From Octopus vulgaris (lineage: Eukaryota), in NCBI GenBank assembly GCA_951406725.2, contig OX597820.1:122512001-122576000 (forward strand): a stretch of DNA of 64,000 nucleotides, in the 5' to 3' direction. Shown in pieces: positions 1 to 14,030 of the stretch. The position numbers were made by a program, and so were the translations under genes. Every line of letters starts with the position of its first letter. The first letter of the stretch is position 1. The notes beneath the pieces are model-generated. The model worked only from the letters and a program-made list of their open reading frames with translations. It searched no databases and had not been told where the DNA came from.

Positions 1-1065
1 AGCAGAAAACAAAACAGAAAATATAGATTTTTTTTTTTAACTGTTAAACAGCAGCAAATCTAAAGGGGAAAAATGGTTCTTCCCAGTTTTTGATGAGGTA
101 AATTTCTGAAATTTTATGTATGTTATGTCTAGTACCTATTCATTGATGTGATTGATTTATGCATTTGTTTTTTTTTTTTTTTCTTTGAAATCTTTTTATT
201 ACACCTGTGTTTCAAAGGTTTCATCCCATTCATGTTCATTCTGATATTATCATTGTGAAGAAAGCAATGAAGCTTGGTTATGTTATGAATGTACTTCGAA
301 AAGCATTAAACATACGACATACATGTAAACATACACTCTCCCTGTTATCTTTACTCTCACTCTTTCTCTCTCTCTTTATATGTTTGTGTGTATCTGAACA
401 CATATTTTACCCATCCTTTACGGATGTAGTTCAATCAATTATATTTTTCTCTTAACCATTTTTAGTTTCGAGGTCGGAATTATTTCTCTCTTCCTGCCTC
501 TTTCTGAATTGTTTCTGCTGAATCCTTTACTAACTGACAGTGGTGACTGTGTGTGTTTTTTTTTTGTAAATATAATACCATTTGTTATATAGAATGGGTA
601 TAAGTAGCTTTTCAGGGTGCACACTGAAAAGCTATTCTCTAACCCTTCTACAAGTATCCATCCATCCATCACCACTGTCACTAAACATATATTCCAAATT
701 ATTTCAACTCCAAAATTGTTCTTCTCTATTTTATATCACTGTCGTTTATTTCTCTCCTGAAGAAATATTGTACACTGAACATAATCATCAAACACAAAGA
801 ACTTATGATAGTGTTGTTGTTGTTGATGTTGATGATGATGATGAGGATGATGATCATGATGATGATAACAACGTGGAGAATGACAACAGCAATATTTGTA
901 ATTCTTTTAACTGTAAGCAATGAAAAGTTTTGGCATCTTTTATCTTTTTCCAAGAATGGTAAGTAAAGAATCCCAAAGAAATTGTGTAACCATTTGAAAA
1001 TTCCTTAACCATGTTTTGTATAACAGAACGTGTGTGTGTGTGTTAGTGTTTAACAAGCATAGTAC

Positions 1066-1154
1066 TGACAGTGATTTCACAGTTTCAGCCAGCTCTGCTC
1101 TCATCAGACTGTCCAATGACAGCTTAGCTGGCTGAAACATTGAAGTCGTTGTCA
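1066..1154 (+). ncRNA. Candidate intronic pri-miRNA-like hairpin
   Basis: Bulge-free stem of about 39 positions. It has a perfect 13-bp core (1082-1094/1126-1138), a 14-bp basal stem with three G-U pairs and an 11-nt loop. Confidence 0.4.
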
Positions 1155-4100
1155 ATTCTATTCTTCTTAAACAATAATAAATTTGTACTGTATAAAAGTA
1201 TGGAGTGACCCTCCAGATTAATGTAAAATTGTTTCTAATATAACTGAACATAAAATCAAATATTGATATATATATATGTGTGTGTGTGTGTAGTCATTTA
1301 AAAATGTGTAAGTCAGAAAAATTGGCATTCATATATTGGTTTATAAAGTGAGTATATTATTATTATAAATTAAAATATATTATATTCTCATAACAGCCAC
1401 TTAACCAATCAGGTTTATACAGGAGTTGAAATAACCCAGCAGTCATCAGGAAAGGTTGAAAGGAATGATGGCGCTGGTTTTACAGCTGTTGTAAAATTCT
1501 AAAAGGAATCGTTCAGGTGAAAATCCAAGGAAAGAATAGTTTGGACTTTGGAGTTACAACTCCTGGATTAGAAATTGAAAAACCCTGCAGAGTAGGGGAA
1601 ATATTAGCTTGTAGGGTCTTGTTGGGAGTGGGAAGGAGGGGTCTGGGGTAGAAATGTAAGGGATGGGGACAAGTGGTGAGTATTAGTTTTAATTTCATAT
1701 ATCATTATGTGCATGTATGTGTGTGTGCATGTGTATACACACACACATACATACATACATATATATATATATATACCAGAGTTTGGCAAGTCATTAATTC
1801 CTTAGATTTTTGTGAGAGGATGCCCTGTTTCCTATATTCATGGTGCCTTTTGGCAGTATGTGAGGACACATCTTTGCTCACTCTTACACTTAAAGTTGGT
1901 ACCAGGAAGGAAAGGTTTTTTTTAACATGACCCTTTTCCCACTGAAGCAGAATCTGTGCCTCTTACTACCATCAAAAGTAAGATTTACCTTTTTTTCACT
2001 ATCCTCCATTTGATTTTATAACACATGGCATTTCCCTTTCTTGTCTACATTATGCATTGCCATAGATGTAACATTTTCCACACTGAGGCGTTAAACCAAA
2101 GCTTGTTGTTGAATGTAGTAACATAACTTCCATGCATCTGTTGCTCCATTTGGATCTTTTGGTGCCATCTCCATGTCATACACAATGGTTTTTGTATTAC
2201 AATTGGACATATGGTTGCTACTTCTGCATGAACAGCTTACCTCTATTTCAGACTTAGGCCTGCTTAGTAGTATATTCTTGATACTAGGAGCTCACCTAAA
2301 AGAAATACTCAAGGTTGTGTTAAATATTTTCTTGTATCTATGTATGTGGGGGAAGTGATTATCAACTAACTTAAGAACGCTCCAGCATACAAAAATTTTT
2401 AAATTCAGAGTAAATGGTATTGTATCCCATATCACTTTATCATAGTACTTTTGTTTTGGAGGCGGGGGTAAAGGTCATGCAAAAAATTTAATTATTTAAT
2501 GCCCGTAATTTGTCCTGATGAATAAATCTGCTCAGAGCATCATTATGCTACTATACGAATATATGTGTGCATATATACATATATGTAAGGCATTTGTGAA
2601 GTGTATACAACTGAAATGGAAGTGAAAATGAATATCAATGGTGTAACTGCACGTGGATTGTAAAACAGCTGTGAACATAGAGAATAAATATATTTTAGCT
2701 CTCACTTCTGATTTTAATTAATACATATTCATATATGTATATTATGTTTATATATATACACACATGTATATATATATATATATACATGTGTATATAATAT
2801 TCCATATAGACAGTGTTTAAGTATGAGCTACTAATAGTTTCATGCTGTGAAAACACAATAATTCAGAACATTTATAAATCTGCTGAGTCATTACATTTCC
2901 ACAACAAAATGGACAACCAAGTGACATCAACCTGGTTTTATTCAGAATCATTACTATTTCTGAGCTGAACTGCACTGACATGAAGTTTACCTTTATTGAG
3001 GAGCCAAGAAAATAAAGTCTCAGTCATATACGAAGTAACAATTAATCCATAACCCCCTCTCTCTCTTACCTTCTGCTTGTATTAGAAATAATTATTATTA
3101 GTGTTAAAATTTGTCAGCAAATGAGACTAAATTGACTTAAAATTCTGCCGAGATCAATTTTGCTTTTCATCTTTTTGAGGGTCACTGAAATACATTGCCA
3201 GTCGAATATTAGGATCAGTGTGATCAACTAACCCCTTCCCTAGACATTGTGCTAAAATTTGGAACCCTTATTATAATAAGTAGCAGTGGAGAAAGGGAGG
3301 AGGAGGACTGAGTTAGATAGAGATTGTAAAACAGCCATCTTAAAATTCATTACAGTATGTAGATAATGTTAAAACTCTACTCGGAGTTGATATTTGCTTT
3401 GTCATTTTGTCACACTAAGATAAGCAACAGTCTTGTTCTGGACAGAACAGAATCTGTCAACCTTCTTCCCAAACATTCGTCATGTTTAGCATATTTGACA
3501 AAATACTTCACAGCATTTCTTCCGGCTCTTTGTGATGCAGGTTCAAATTCTGCTGCGGTTGACTTTGTTTTTATGCTATCCGAAGTTACCAGTTGAGTTT
3601 TAGGGTCAATGTAATTGATTATGCCCCTCCCCTAAGTTTCAAGCCTTGTGCCTTATTATTATTATTATTATTATTATTATTTAGTGACAGAGCAGTATAT
3701 GCCATCAAAATGACACTGGTGTACTAATATTTGAAACGCATTTTACCCATCATGACTACCCATCATGACTAAGGGTATGCTAGGCATATGTATCACAACC
3801 ATATCTGTGCAATATGGTGACCACATATCAACTTAAAGATCAGTGCAGGATCTTACAGGTGAGGGTCCACTTAGAATTTTTCTTCGAAAGGTCCTTCATA
3901 AAAGGTTGTTTAAATTATGATTATTTTCTGTCCTCTCACATCTCCATCATTCACTTTGAGTCATTGGAGAGAGGACATTTGAGAAGATATGAGTTGGCTA
4001 CTGTTAGCAAGAGACTAATATAATCTCAGCAATGATAACCTTTCCTTGTTGTTGGAATCCTCCCTGTGTATGTGTTGCGATTCAAGTTTCAACCTAAGAG

Positions 4101-4298
4101 ACTTGGGTTTTTCATTCACTCAGTTTTTGAGTTGATGTCACCTGAGTTTGCTAAAACATGAACTGGCTTATTTCTGGATTATTTCTCAAAATAAATGACT
4201 CTCTCTTTCTCTCTCTTCATGGGTTTCAATCAAGAGCAGCTAATAACTGATCAACTGAATTTCTACTGACTCCTCTCTTAATTAATATTTCAATGATA

Positions 4299-4446
4299 GG
4301 CGCAGGAGTGGCTGTGTGGTAAGTAGCTTGCTTACCAACCACATGGTTCCGGGTTGAGTCCCACTGTGTGGCATCTTGGGCAAATGTCTTCTACGACAAA
4401 AGCCTTGTGAGTGGATTTGGCAGACAGAAACTGAAAGAAGCCTGTC

Positions 4447-4498
<52 letters not shown>

Positions 4499-4710
4499 AT
4501 GTTTGTGTGTCTGTGTTTGTCCCCCCAACATCGCTTCACAACCAATGCTGGTGTGTTTACGTCCCTGTAACTTAGTGGTTTGGCAAAAGAGACCGATAGA
4601 ATAAGTACTAGGCTTACAAAGAATAAGTCCTGGGGTCAATTTGCTCGACTAAAGGTGGTGCTCCAGCATGGCCGCAGTCAAATGACTGAAACAAATAAGA
4701 AAAAAAAGAG
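4299..4710 (+). mobile_element. tRNA-derived SINE family A with internal (TA)n(TG)n
   Basis: A-box tggctgtgtgg, B-box-like ggttgagtccc, tail gactgaaacaa; multiple copies in the window. Confidence 0.88.
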
Positions 4711-5947
4711 ACTGAGTATTCTGCTGACAAATGAATTCTTCAAAGATATTTCTATGAGAAAATCAGCATGAAACATTGTGAAACAAGACACTATCTTTCA
4801 ATAGGCTTCTGCATAGTCTCCATCTCACATCACTCACAACGTCAGGGTTGTCTTGAATTAAGTCTGAAAACCACTCATTCAAGATACTTCACATTGGCAT
4901 TGAACCTCACATCTTGTCATTGAAAAAATATTTCACAAAAAATATAAATTCATTGCATATGTACATCTGTATGCTTAATATATTGCAAAGAATTCAATAG
5001 TTTGTGTCACCATGTTATTAAGATTAATTCTAGAATCTACAAGTCATCACTATGGTAGAAGAAAATACTTGTATTTTTTCCTAGTACATGTGTGTGTGTG
5101 TGTGTTGTTTAAAAATCACATTTGTTTACATTAGCTTTCATAAAGAAAATAATTCTTGTTTTCTAACTTCTTATGTTTTTTTATTACAAATTCCATCATG
5201 TTATCATCATTGTTATATAAACAATTATCCCCAACATCATCATTATCATCACAAAATGTTTGGTATCTTTATTTAAAATCCCTCTAAATTTGAGTTTTAT
5301 TTTCTATCATTAAAATACTCAAAACTTTGTGAACAAGAAACAAAATTTATGATTTTTATGATTATAAGCATTTCTGTTGTAATAATATATTTATCATCTC
5401 TTAAGTGACATCTCAACAACTGCATCTATGTGTGTGTGTGTTTATAACAACAAATATTAAAATGTGTGCCTAAAATTGAAAATTCCGATGGGTTCACTTG
5501 CCCACTTCAGCTCCCTGAAGAGTCGATTGTATGTCAACATGATTCGGAGGGGTAGGATGAGGATTGAATGAATTCACAAAGGAAAAAAAAGAGAACACAC
5601 AGAAGAAGAAAAAAATGTAGAAAGGAAAAGAAGAAGAAAAACAAGGAAAATTCAGTATAAAATATAATTTTCAACTTTGTTCTGGCCAGAATATTCTTGT
5701 TTAATTCTCCACTTTTTCTCTTTCTAACACTCAACTGTATGACATCCATTCTTGTGTGTATCTATCAATTTATTTGTTTTTCAATACATGCCTCTTCTTT
5801 CTTCAATGGTTACTCTGTTTTTACTTTCGCATCAAGTGTACAGATTATAAAACTTTTTGGCTTGTTTTTGTATTTTTCTGGGAAAGCATTGCAGACAAAT
5901 GTAATCATTGCCTACCCTAATTTTGTACCATTATTTTTAATACAAAC

Positions 5948-5995
<48 letters not shown>

Positions 5996-6119
5996 GCAGT
6001 CAAATCCATAAAATTTAATAAATTTATGCATTATTCATCTTAAAATAATCTAAACACTAAAACAGGCTTCTTAAACCACTAACCACATTACCATATGATC
6101 CATGTAGGTACATTCATAA

Positions 6120-6158
<39 letters not shown>

Positions 6159-6359
6159 AGTAGGTAAATGAATTATTCTATGTTTATCGTCAGCATGGAA
6201 AATTCGTTAAACCGAAACCTGGGTAGCAAATTCACACCAGAAAACACAGTTGAAGCGACCTGTCAAGGGTAGAAACTCCGGGTTTATGTGAAGAAATTTG
6301 TGTGTTATATATGAATAAATGAAAGAATGGAGTCGAACGAAGATGTTAACAAAATTCCT

Positions 6360-6390
<31 letters not shown>

Positions 6391-7215
6391 AACATATATA
6401 TATACTCATATATATACTTATGTATATGTCTGTGTGTGTGGGTGTGCCCCCTAATCTACATCGTTCTAATGTTCACTATCCCATATATGTATTGGTTGGA
6501 TGTAGCTTACAGAGGCAGATCTTCTATGGATGGATGCTCCCACCCCACATTCACCCCCTCCTTGTTGCCAAACCTCACTTTGTTTCCAAGCAAGGTAACA
6601 TTTCACTCTGACCAGACATGCTTACACAAAATATTAGAAATGACTGACAATCATATAAAACTATGATGCGATGTCAAGACAAGGAGACACACACACACAA
6701 CAGTGGGACTGAACCTATAATCAAGTGATAAGGAAATGGAATACTCAACCACACAGCCAAACTTATTCTCTCAGTGTTGGTGTGGCTGTGTGGTAAGAAG
6801 CTGGAAATCCAGCTACACTGTTTCAATACTTCTCTATGGCTGTTTCAGCAGGTGTCCCCTATTATAGTGCCAGGTGATCAAAGCCCCATAAGGGAATTTG
6901 GTAGCCAGAAACTGTAAGAAGGTCTTTGCATGTGTGTGTACCCTTGTGTTGATATCACATGATCATTGTACACAAGCATCTTCATCATAGACTGTTGTCA
7001 TTCATTACAAGTTTTCCATGTAAAACATGTCTAACCATGGAAAATACTCCGTTGCTAGGAAACAGGTGAGGGTTGGTGATGGGGAGAGCATTCAGCTGTA
7101 GAAAAGAGCCTGCCTCAACAAGTTCTGTCAGACCCATCAAGTACCGAAAAGTGGACGTTAAATGATGATAGATATAACAAATACATATGTGCAAATCTTG
7201 ATATATGTCGATAAA

Positions 7216-7272
<57 letters not shown>

Positions 7273-7398
7273 CAATACATGTGTATATATACACATGTAT
7301 TGAAATTTTTTCTGATTTTTCAGATTTTTTATATGCTAGGCTACTTGTTTTAAATTGATATTAATTAAATTAATATTCAATTTATCTCTCTCATTATT

Positions 7399-7438
<40 letters not shown>

Positions 7439-7598
7439 CACACACACACACACAGAAGATTAATATAGACAGCAGTCTACAATGTTTTACCAAAAAGGAA
7501 AACTATGATTGTCACTAAATGTAACTAAGGTATTAGAAACACCTACATTGCTAGAAATAAGAGCTAAAATACTCTAATGCTGTAGTGAAAGCACATAA

Positions 7599-7656
7599 CT
7601 GTATACATATATACTGACTGGGACCATAATCGCCTGAAAACATCAAAATATATAAA

Positions 7657-7697
<41 letters not shown>

Positions 7698-7750
7698 ATA
7701 TCTCGATGTTTTCAGGCGATTATGGTCCCAGTCAGTATATATGTATACAG
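7599..7750. repeat. Perfect 46-bp inverted repeat around a (TA)n core
   Basis: 7599-7644 is the reverse complement of 7705-7750. Confidence 0.92.
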
Positions 7751-9012
7751 TATACATATGTATACAGTTATGTATAAATGCTTATATATGCATATTTATA
7801 TGTTGGTGTGTTTGTGTTTACATAGATGTGGCTACATAAATATGTGTGTGCAATGTTAGATGTATGTATGTATATCTACCACTACATTTATTTCGATGTA
7901 TATTATTTGTGTAGTCTCATGAATTCTCAAACCAACTGATTCATGAAGAAAAATGGTTTCACGTTGGAAGCACTTTTCAGTTGAGGAAAGATAAATTAGC
8001 AGTTTTTAAGTTATGGTTGTAAGAAAGAGTCAGTATTGTTTGGGCTCTTTTTCACTGGAAGTTTGAAAACCCTACATCTCCTCTGATAGCTTCAGTGATT
8101 TAAATAAACTGGAATGAAAGTAAGGGTTGAAAAGTAGTCAAAAACAAGGTAGATGAAATCTGCCTTGGATCCCATTAGATTTACGTCCCTTGACTGATTT
8201 CTTTTAGTCGCTGTGTTTCTTTGTATTGATTAAATTTTTATGCTCTACATAGAGGATAATAATCCTCTGGTCCTCTTTGAGTATCTACTGCCCTTGATAG
8301 TATTATGGAGAAGAAATATAGGAGAAGTAATATTATTTGTTCCCTGTCTATGCTGGCAACGAATGATATGACCTGTGTCTTGTTTTTATCATACATTTTC
8401 ATATATGCATTCATGCACACACACACACACACACACATGCACAATCACACACACACACACACACAGAGTCTCAAGTATCAAACTCTCTCTTTCACTTTCT
8501 TGCAAAATCCTGTTTTTCCATGCAAATACTTTCTTCCTGTTTTTATTATCTTTATCATATGTATATATATTTTATCATATATACTATCTATATATCACCA
8601 TACTATATGTATGCATATATTACATATCTGGTTTCCTTGACCCAATTTCTTGGACACCCCCTTCCCTGCACCATGTATTTATTCTCATTTTGTTTTCCCC
8701 AATGCCTTTTTTTTTAAATCAAACTAAAGCACATCCTGTCCAGCTGAGCTATGGTTCTTTCCCCAGTTACCTTTGGCTCATGTTTGTTTACCTGTTCCTA
8801 AAATTATACAACATTCCTCAGACCACTTCCCCAGTATATAACTTTTTCATTACGTAATAAAAGAAACTGTTCGTTTGCCAGTTCTCCAGCTCAGCTGCTA
8901 ACTTTACTCTATGATATTTAGATTTATTGGTTGTTAACCCATGCAATGTGATATCATTAATGCACCAGTGACAACAACAACAGTAGGAAAACAAAGCCCA
9001 TACCATGAAAAC

Positions 9013-9615
9013 TGCCATAGAATCGTTAGCATGCCGGGTCAAAATGCTTAGTGGTATTTCATCTGCCGCTGCGTTCTGAGTTCAAATTCCGCCGAGGTCG
9101 ACTTTGCCTTTCATCCTTTCGGGGTCGATTAAATAAGCACCAGTTACGCACTGGGGTCGATATAATCGATTTAATCTGTTTGTCTGTCATTGTTTGTCCT
9201 CTCTCTGTGTAGCCCCTTGTGGGTAGTAAAGAAATAGGTATTTCATCTGCCACTACATTCTGAGTTCAAATTCTGCTGAGGTTAACTTTGCCTTTCATCT
9301 TTCCAGGGTTGATAAATTAAGTACCAGTCAAGTTCTAGTGTCGATGCGATTGACTGTCCCCCTCTCCCAAAATTTCAGGCCTTGTGCCTTGAGTAGAAAG
9401 GATCAATATTGTTCTTGTTGTTATCATAAGGTAGCAAGCTAGCAGAAATGTTAGCGTGTCAGGTAAAATGCTTAGCAGTATTTCATCCGTCTTTACATTC
9501 TGAGTTCATATTCCGGTGGGGTCGACTTTACTTTGCATCCCTTTGGGGTTAATAAAATGAGTATCAGTTGAGAACTGGGGTCGATGTAATCGACTGTCCT
9601 CTTCCCCCAAAAGGA
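9013..9615 (+). mobile_element. Three tandem or partial SINE family B copies
   Basis: Repeated ctgagttcaaattc...gactttgcctttcatcc...gtcgat. Confidence 0.85.
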
Positions 9616-10749
9616 TTATTATTAGTACTATCATTATCAAGTGAGAGAGCAGTGCATACCATCAAAGTGATACTGGGGTAAAATATACAAGGCCCAATAT
9701 ACCCATCATGACTACCTGTCTGATAAGGGTGCACCAGGCACATGCACCCAAACCATATGTACATGCTATGGTGATCTCATATTAAGATAAACCATGGGAC
9801 CCATTTAGAATTTTCTCCAGATCACTTAGCCCATCCCTCACTACTGCTTGTGATCAGAGATGCGCATATTGTCAGCCGACCAGAGATACGCTCAAATGGT
9901 TAACGTCAAGTAACTGACAAGCAAGTCTGTAGTATTGAGCAGAATATTCGTTGTAGCCTATCTTTTCTACCAAGATGAAAAATGTTCATGATAGCATTTC
10001 CAATCAGTTAAGTTGAGAAGTCATGAGAGCCAGTGCCTGGTACTGCATTATTATTATTGTTGTTATTGTTGTGTTCTTGGCATTATGGTTTTAAAATAAT
10101 ATCATAAAGTAAAATTCCTTTGATTTTAGTTCAACAAAACCTGTGTTCTTTCTTCCGTATGTTTCCTGAGAACAGTCCTTGTTTTTTTAGTGTTCATTCT
10201 TATCTTAAGTTTAGAATATTCATTCACATTTAGAATATAGGTTATGATAGTTGACTTTGATGAGCTCTTCTTGAAAAACTACCCAGTGGTGGTTATTTCC
10301 TAACAAATCAATCTTCATAACACACAAATCCCTCATGTGAGGAGTTCATTAAAACTGTGCAAGTCTTTTGAAGACCAGTAATAGAGAAAACCCCCAAAAT
10401 GTAATGAGGATAAAACAATGTCAGATTGGAAATTATTTGCGAATTCATTGCAGGAAAGTTAATTTCTGTGAACCTTGAAATTTTTATTCTAAAACAAACG
10501 CTTAGTCAAGATATATAATCCTTTAAATTTAAATTCTACACCATGTCTGCCCCACATACATATGCATGTGTGAGCATGTGTGTGTGCATGCGTGTATATA
10601 TGTATGTAAATATATACATAATGTATGTATGGATATATATGAATATGCATATATATATATATACATATATGTATGCATGTATATATGTGTGTATGCATGT
10701 ATATATATATATATATGTGTGTATGTGTATACATACAGAGCATGTATGC

Positions 10750-10780
<31 letters not shown>

Positions 10781-10826
10781 AACATACATATATATACATC
10801 TTTTCTTTTTTTTTTCATCTTTTCAT

Positions 10827-11533
10827 CTAGTTTCAGCTCACGAGCTGTGGCCATGCTGGGGCACCGCCATTCGGTGTTGCTACATGATTTTACTTCACAA
10901 ATGCTTTTTAGCAATTGACATTTGGTGCATGAGAGAGTTCGATGCAGCTGCCCTCATCTGCACCTCCTACCGTGAAGTTGGTTCATCTGGGACACCTAAA
11001 AGGAAGAGGTCCAGCTTTATTTTAAAGACATCTGCATCCACCCTATGCAGGTCTCTAAGGTCCTTCAGGAGGATATTGAAGAGCTGTGGATTTCTGAAGC
11101 CCAGGCTATCACAGTATCTTGTCCTACATCTTGATGACAAATTTGGAGTCCTTGGCACTATGCACTGGTGCCCAGTTCTAGTATTTGTGTAACTCTCGAT
11201 ACCAAAGTTTGGGACAAGTACTTCCAGGATCTTCCAGATGTATATTATGGCAGATCTTTCCCGCCTATGCTATAAGGAATAGAGTCTTAATCTCTTGAGT
11301 CTTTCCCAATAGCTTATATGCTGCATAGAGGCTATCTTCTTCGTGTAGCTTCGTTGGATTGCCTCAAGTTCTGTGATTAATTTGACACTGGATGGTGACC
11401 ATAGCTGAGAGCAATAGTCAAAGTGGCTTAGGACAAGCGTCCTCCAGAGGACCATCATGGTTTCCTGGTCTCTTGTTCTAAAAGCTCTAAGAATCCATCT
11501 GGTCAGCCGCCTACATTTCATTGCCAATTTAGC
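10827..11533 (-). mobile_element. CR1-group LINE 3' fragment
   Basis: WILRAFRTRD...HFDYCSQLWSP...LEAIQRSYTK...YWERLKRLRLYSL; homologous to the copy at 25424-27060. Confidence 0.85.
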
Positions 11534-11545
11534 ATACATGTATGT

Positions 11546-11590
<45 letters not shown>

Positions 11591-11667
11591 TGTATGTATA
11601 TGTACATATATATGTATGTATATATACACACACACACATGCATATATATATATGTATATAATGTATG

Positions 11668-12180
11668 TCATCATCATTTATTGTCCATGCTGGCATATGT
11701 TGGTTGGTTTGGGCAGGGCTGGTAAGCTGAGGGGCTGCGCCAGACTCCAATCTGATTTGGCATGATTTCTATGGCTGTGTGCCCTCCTTAACACCAACCA
11801 CTCAGTGCCAGTTGCATGGAACCAGTGTCTGCCATTTGTTCAATTTCACTTGGTTTCATGGGTCTTCATCTCAAGCATACCATATTGCCAAAGATCTCGC
11901 TCACTTGTCACTGTCTCTGTGGGGCCCAGTGCTTGAAAGGGGCTTTTCACATGCCCCCAGCACAGGTGCTGGTTATGTGACACCAGCATTGGCCACATTG
12001 CCTCCTTGAGACTCAACAGTCGACAAGTGCCTTCATTGTGCCACCAACATCGGTGCCACTTACATGACACGCACATCAGCCATGACTACGGTTTCACTCA
12101 GCTCGATGGCTCTTCTCAATGAGCATATTGCCAAAGGTCTCGGTCACAAGCCATTGCCTCTGTGATGCCCAATGTGTGCG
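11668..12180 (-). mobile_element. RTE 3' fragment, diverged
   Basis: Similar to 58842-59710 (LGITEAMACDRDLWQYA). Confidence 0.7.
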
Positions 12181-12192
12181 AGCATATATATG

Positions 12193-12652
12193 TGGACCCG
12201 AAAGAGTCCAGAAGCTGGCTACCTGCATGGTTCTTGGTCTCAAGCATTTGTCTTATGAAGAAAGGCTGAAGACGCTCGACCTTTATTCTCTCGAAAAACG
12301 ACGAAGTCTTGGTGATCTCATTCTTGCTCAAAACATCATAAGTGGAAAGTGTAACCTCTCGAAAGAGCTGTTCTACACTCCTGCTCCAGAGAGTTGGCTG
12401 CAGGGTCACTCCGAAAAGCTCTGTCTGCGACGATTTCATCTCAATTGGAGAGGGGCTTTCTCCGTCCAGGTTGCGGATCCGTGGAATAAGCTGCCAGACG
12501 AGATAGTGAAGATGCCGATGACCACTTGGTTCAAAGTCTCTCTTGACCAGATATGGCTTGAACTCTTTGCCTGAACACCCTCCCTGTACATAACTCCATG
12601 TCCCCCTACATGGCCTTGCTTTTTGCTTTTGAGCCAAAAAATTAACTTAACT
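12193..12652 (+). mobile_element. CR1-group LINE 3' end (second family) with taact tail
   Basis: ERVQKLATCMVLGLKHLSYEERLKTLDLYSLEKRR..GDLI...WNKLP; ends in taacttaacttaa. Confidence 0.8.
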
Positions 12653-12682
12653 TAAATACACATAATTATATACACACATAAT

Positions 12683-12721
<39 letters not shown>

Positions 12722-12981
12722 GAGCCATGGGGAATTGCCCACATTTTTGGAAATTTTTACTTCAAAATTGGAAAACCTAGCTATCAAGCAAAGGAAGACA
12801 ACTTGCCTGGCCATGTTTTTAAAGAGGCTTATTTCAAGAACTATCACCAGCATTCTTGTGTCTTAAAACAAACATTCTTTGCAGAGAATGCTTTCTGTTT
12901 AGGAAAACTGAAGAGATGTCCAGTTCACACTAGATATGAAACCAATGTTCTTTTTACTAAACTTACATTACAAATACACAA

Positions 12982-13053
<72 letters not shown>

Positions 13054-13185
13054 AGATAGATAGATAGATAGATATAGATGCATGTGTATCTACGTATATG
13101 TATGTACAAATGTAATATGTATAAATATGTATGCATGTATATATGTATATACATATGTATGTATATAAGTATATACATATGTATG

Positions 13186-13217
<32 letters not shown>

Positions 13218-13589
13218 CATATATATGTGTTAGTATATATATATATGTGTGTGTGGGGGTATGTATATGTGTGTATATATAAGTAAGCTTACTTTTTAAA
13301 CAAGACTATCTGCAGCTGCTATTTTTGTGTCAAAATATCAAAATGTAAATTTAAATAATTACTTTCCGTAGTTTCCACTGTTGACATAACATTATCTCAT
13401 TCATTTATTTCTCTCTCAGCCAAACATATTTCTTCAGCAGACTTCTTCTTGTTTAATAAAATTCTGCTCTTATATTGAACAAATAATTGATGGAATTTCA
13501 GTTTGGTCTTGTGATATGCTATTGCAGTGTTTCTCAACTATTTTCATCTCATGCTCCAAGAAAAGTGAGCCCAGCCATGAATCTAGAAA

Positions 13590-13642
13590 GTGTGTGTGAC
13601 TGTATATACATATATACATATGTATGTATGTGAGTGCGTGTG

Positions 13643-13679
<37 letters not shown>

Positions 13680-13852
13680 GTACGTATATGTATGTGTGTA
13701 TATATATATATGTGTGTATATATATGTGTGTATGTATGTATGTATATATGTATGTATGTATATATGTATGTATATATATATATATATGTATGTATATATA
13801 TATATTTGTAAGTATATATATATGTATGTATGTATGTATGTATATATGTATG

Positions 13853-13894
<42 letters not shown>

Positions 13895-14030
13895 CATGTA
13901 TGTATATATATATGTATGTATATATGTATATATATATATATGTATATATGTATATATATATGTGTGTGTGTATATATATATATATGTATGTATATATATA
14001 TGTATGTATGTATGGATATATGTATATATA
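13590..14030. repeat. Compound (TA)/(TATG) microsatellite
   Basis: Direct inspection. Confidence 0.95.
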
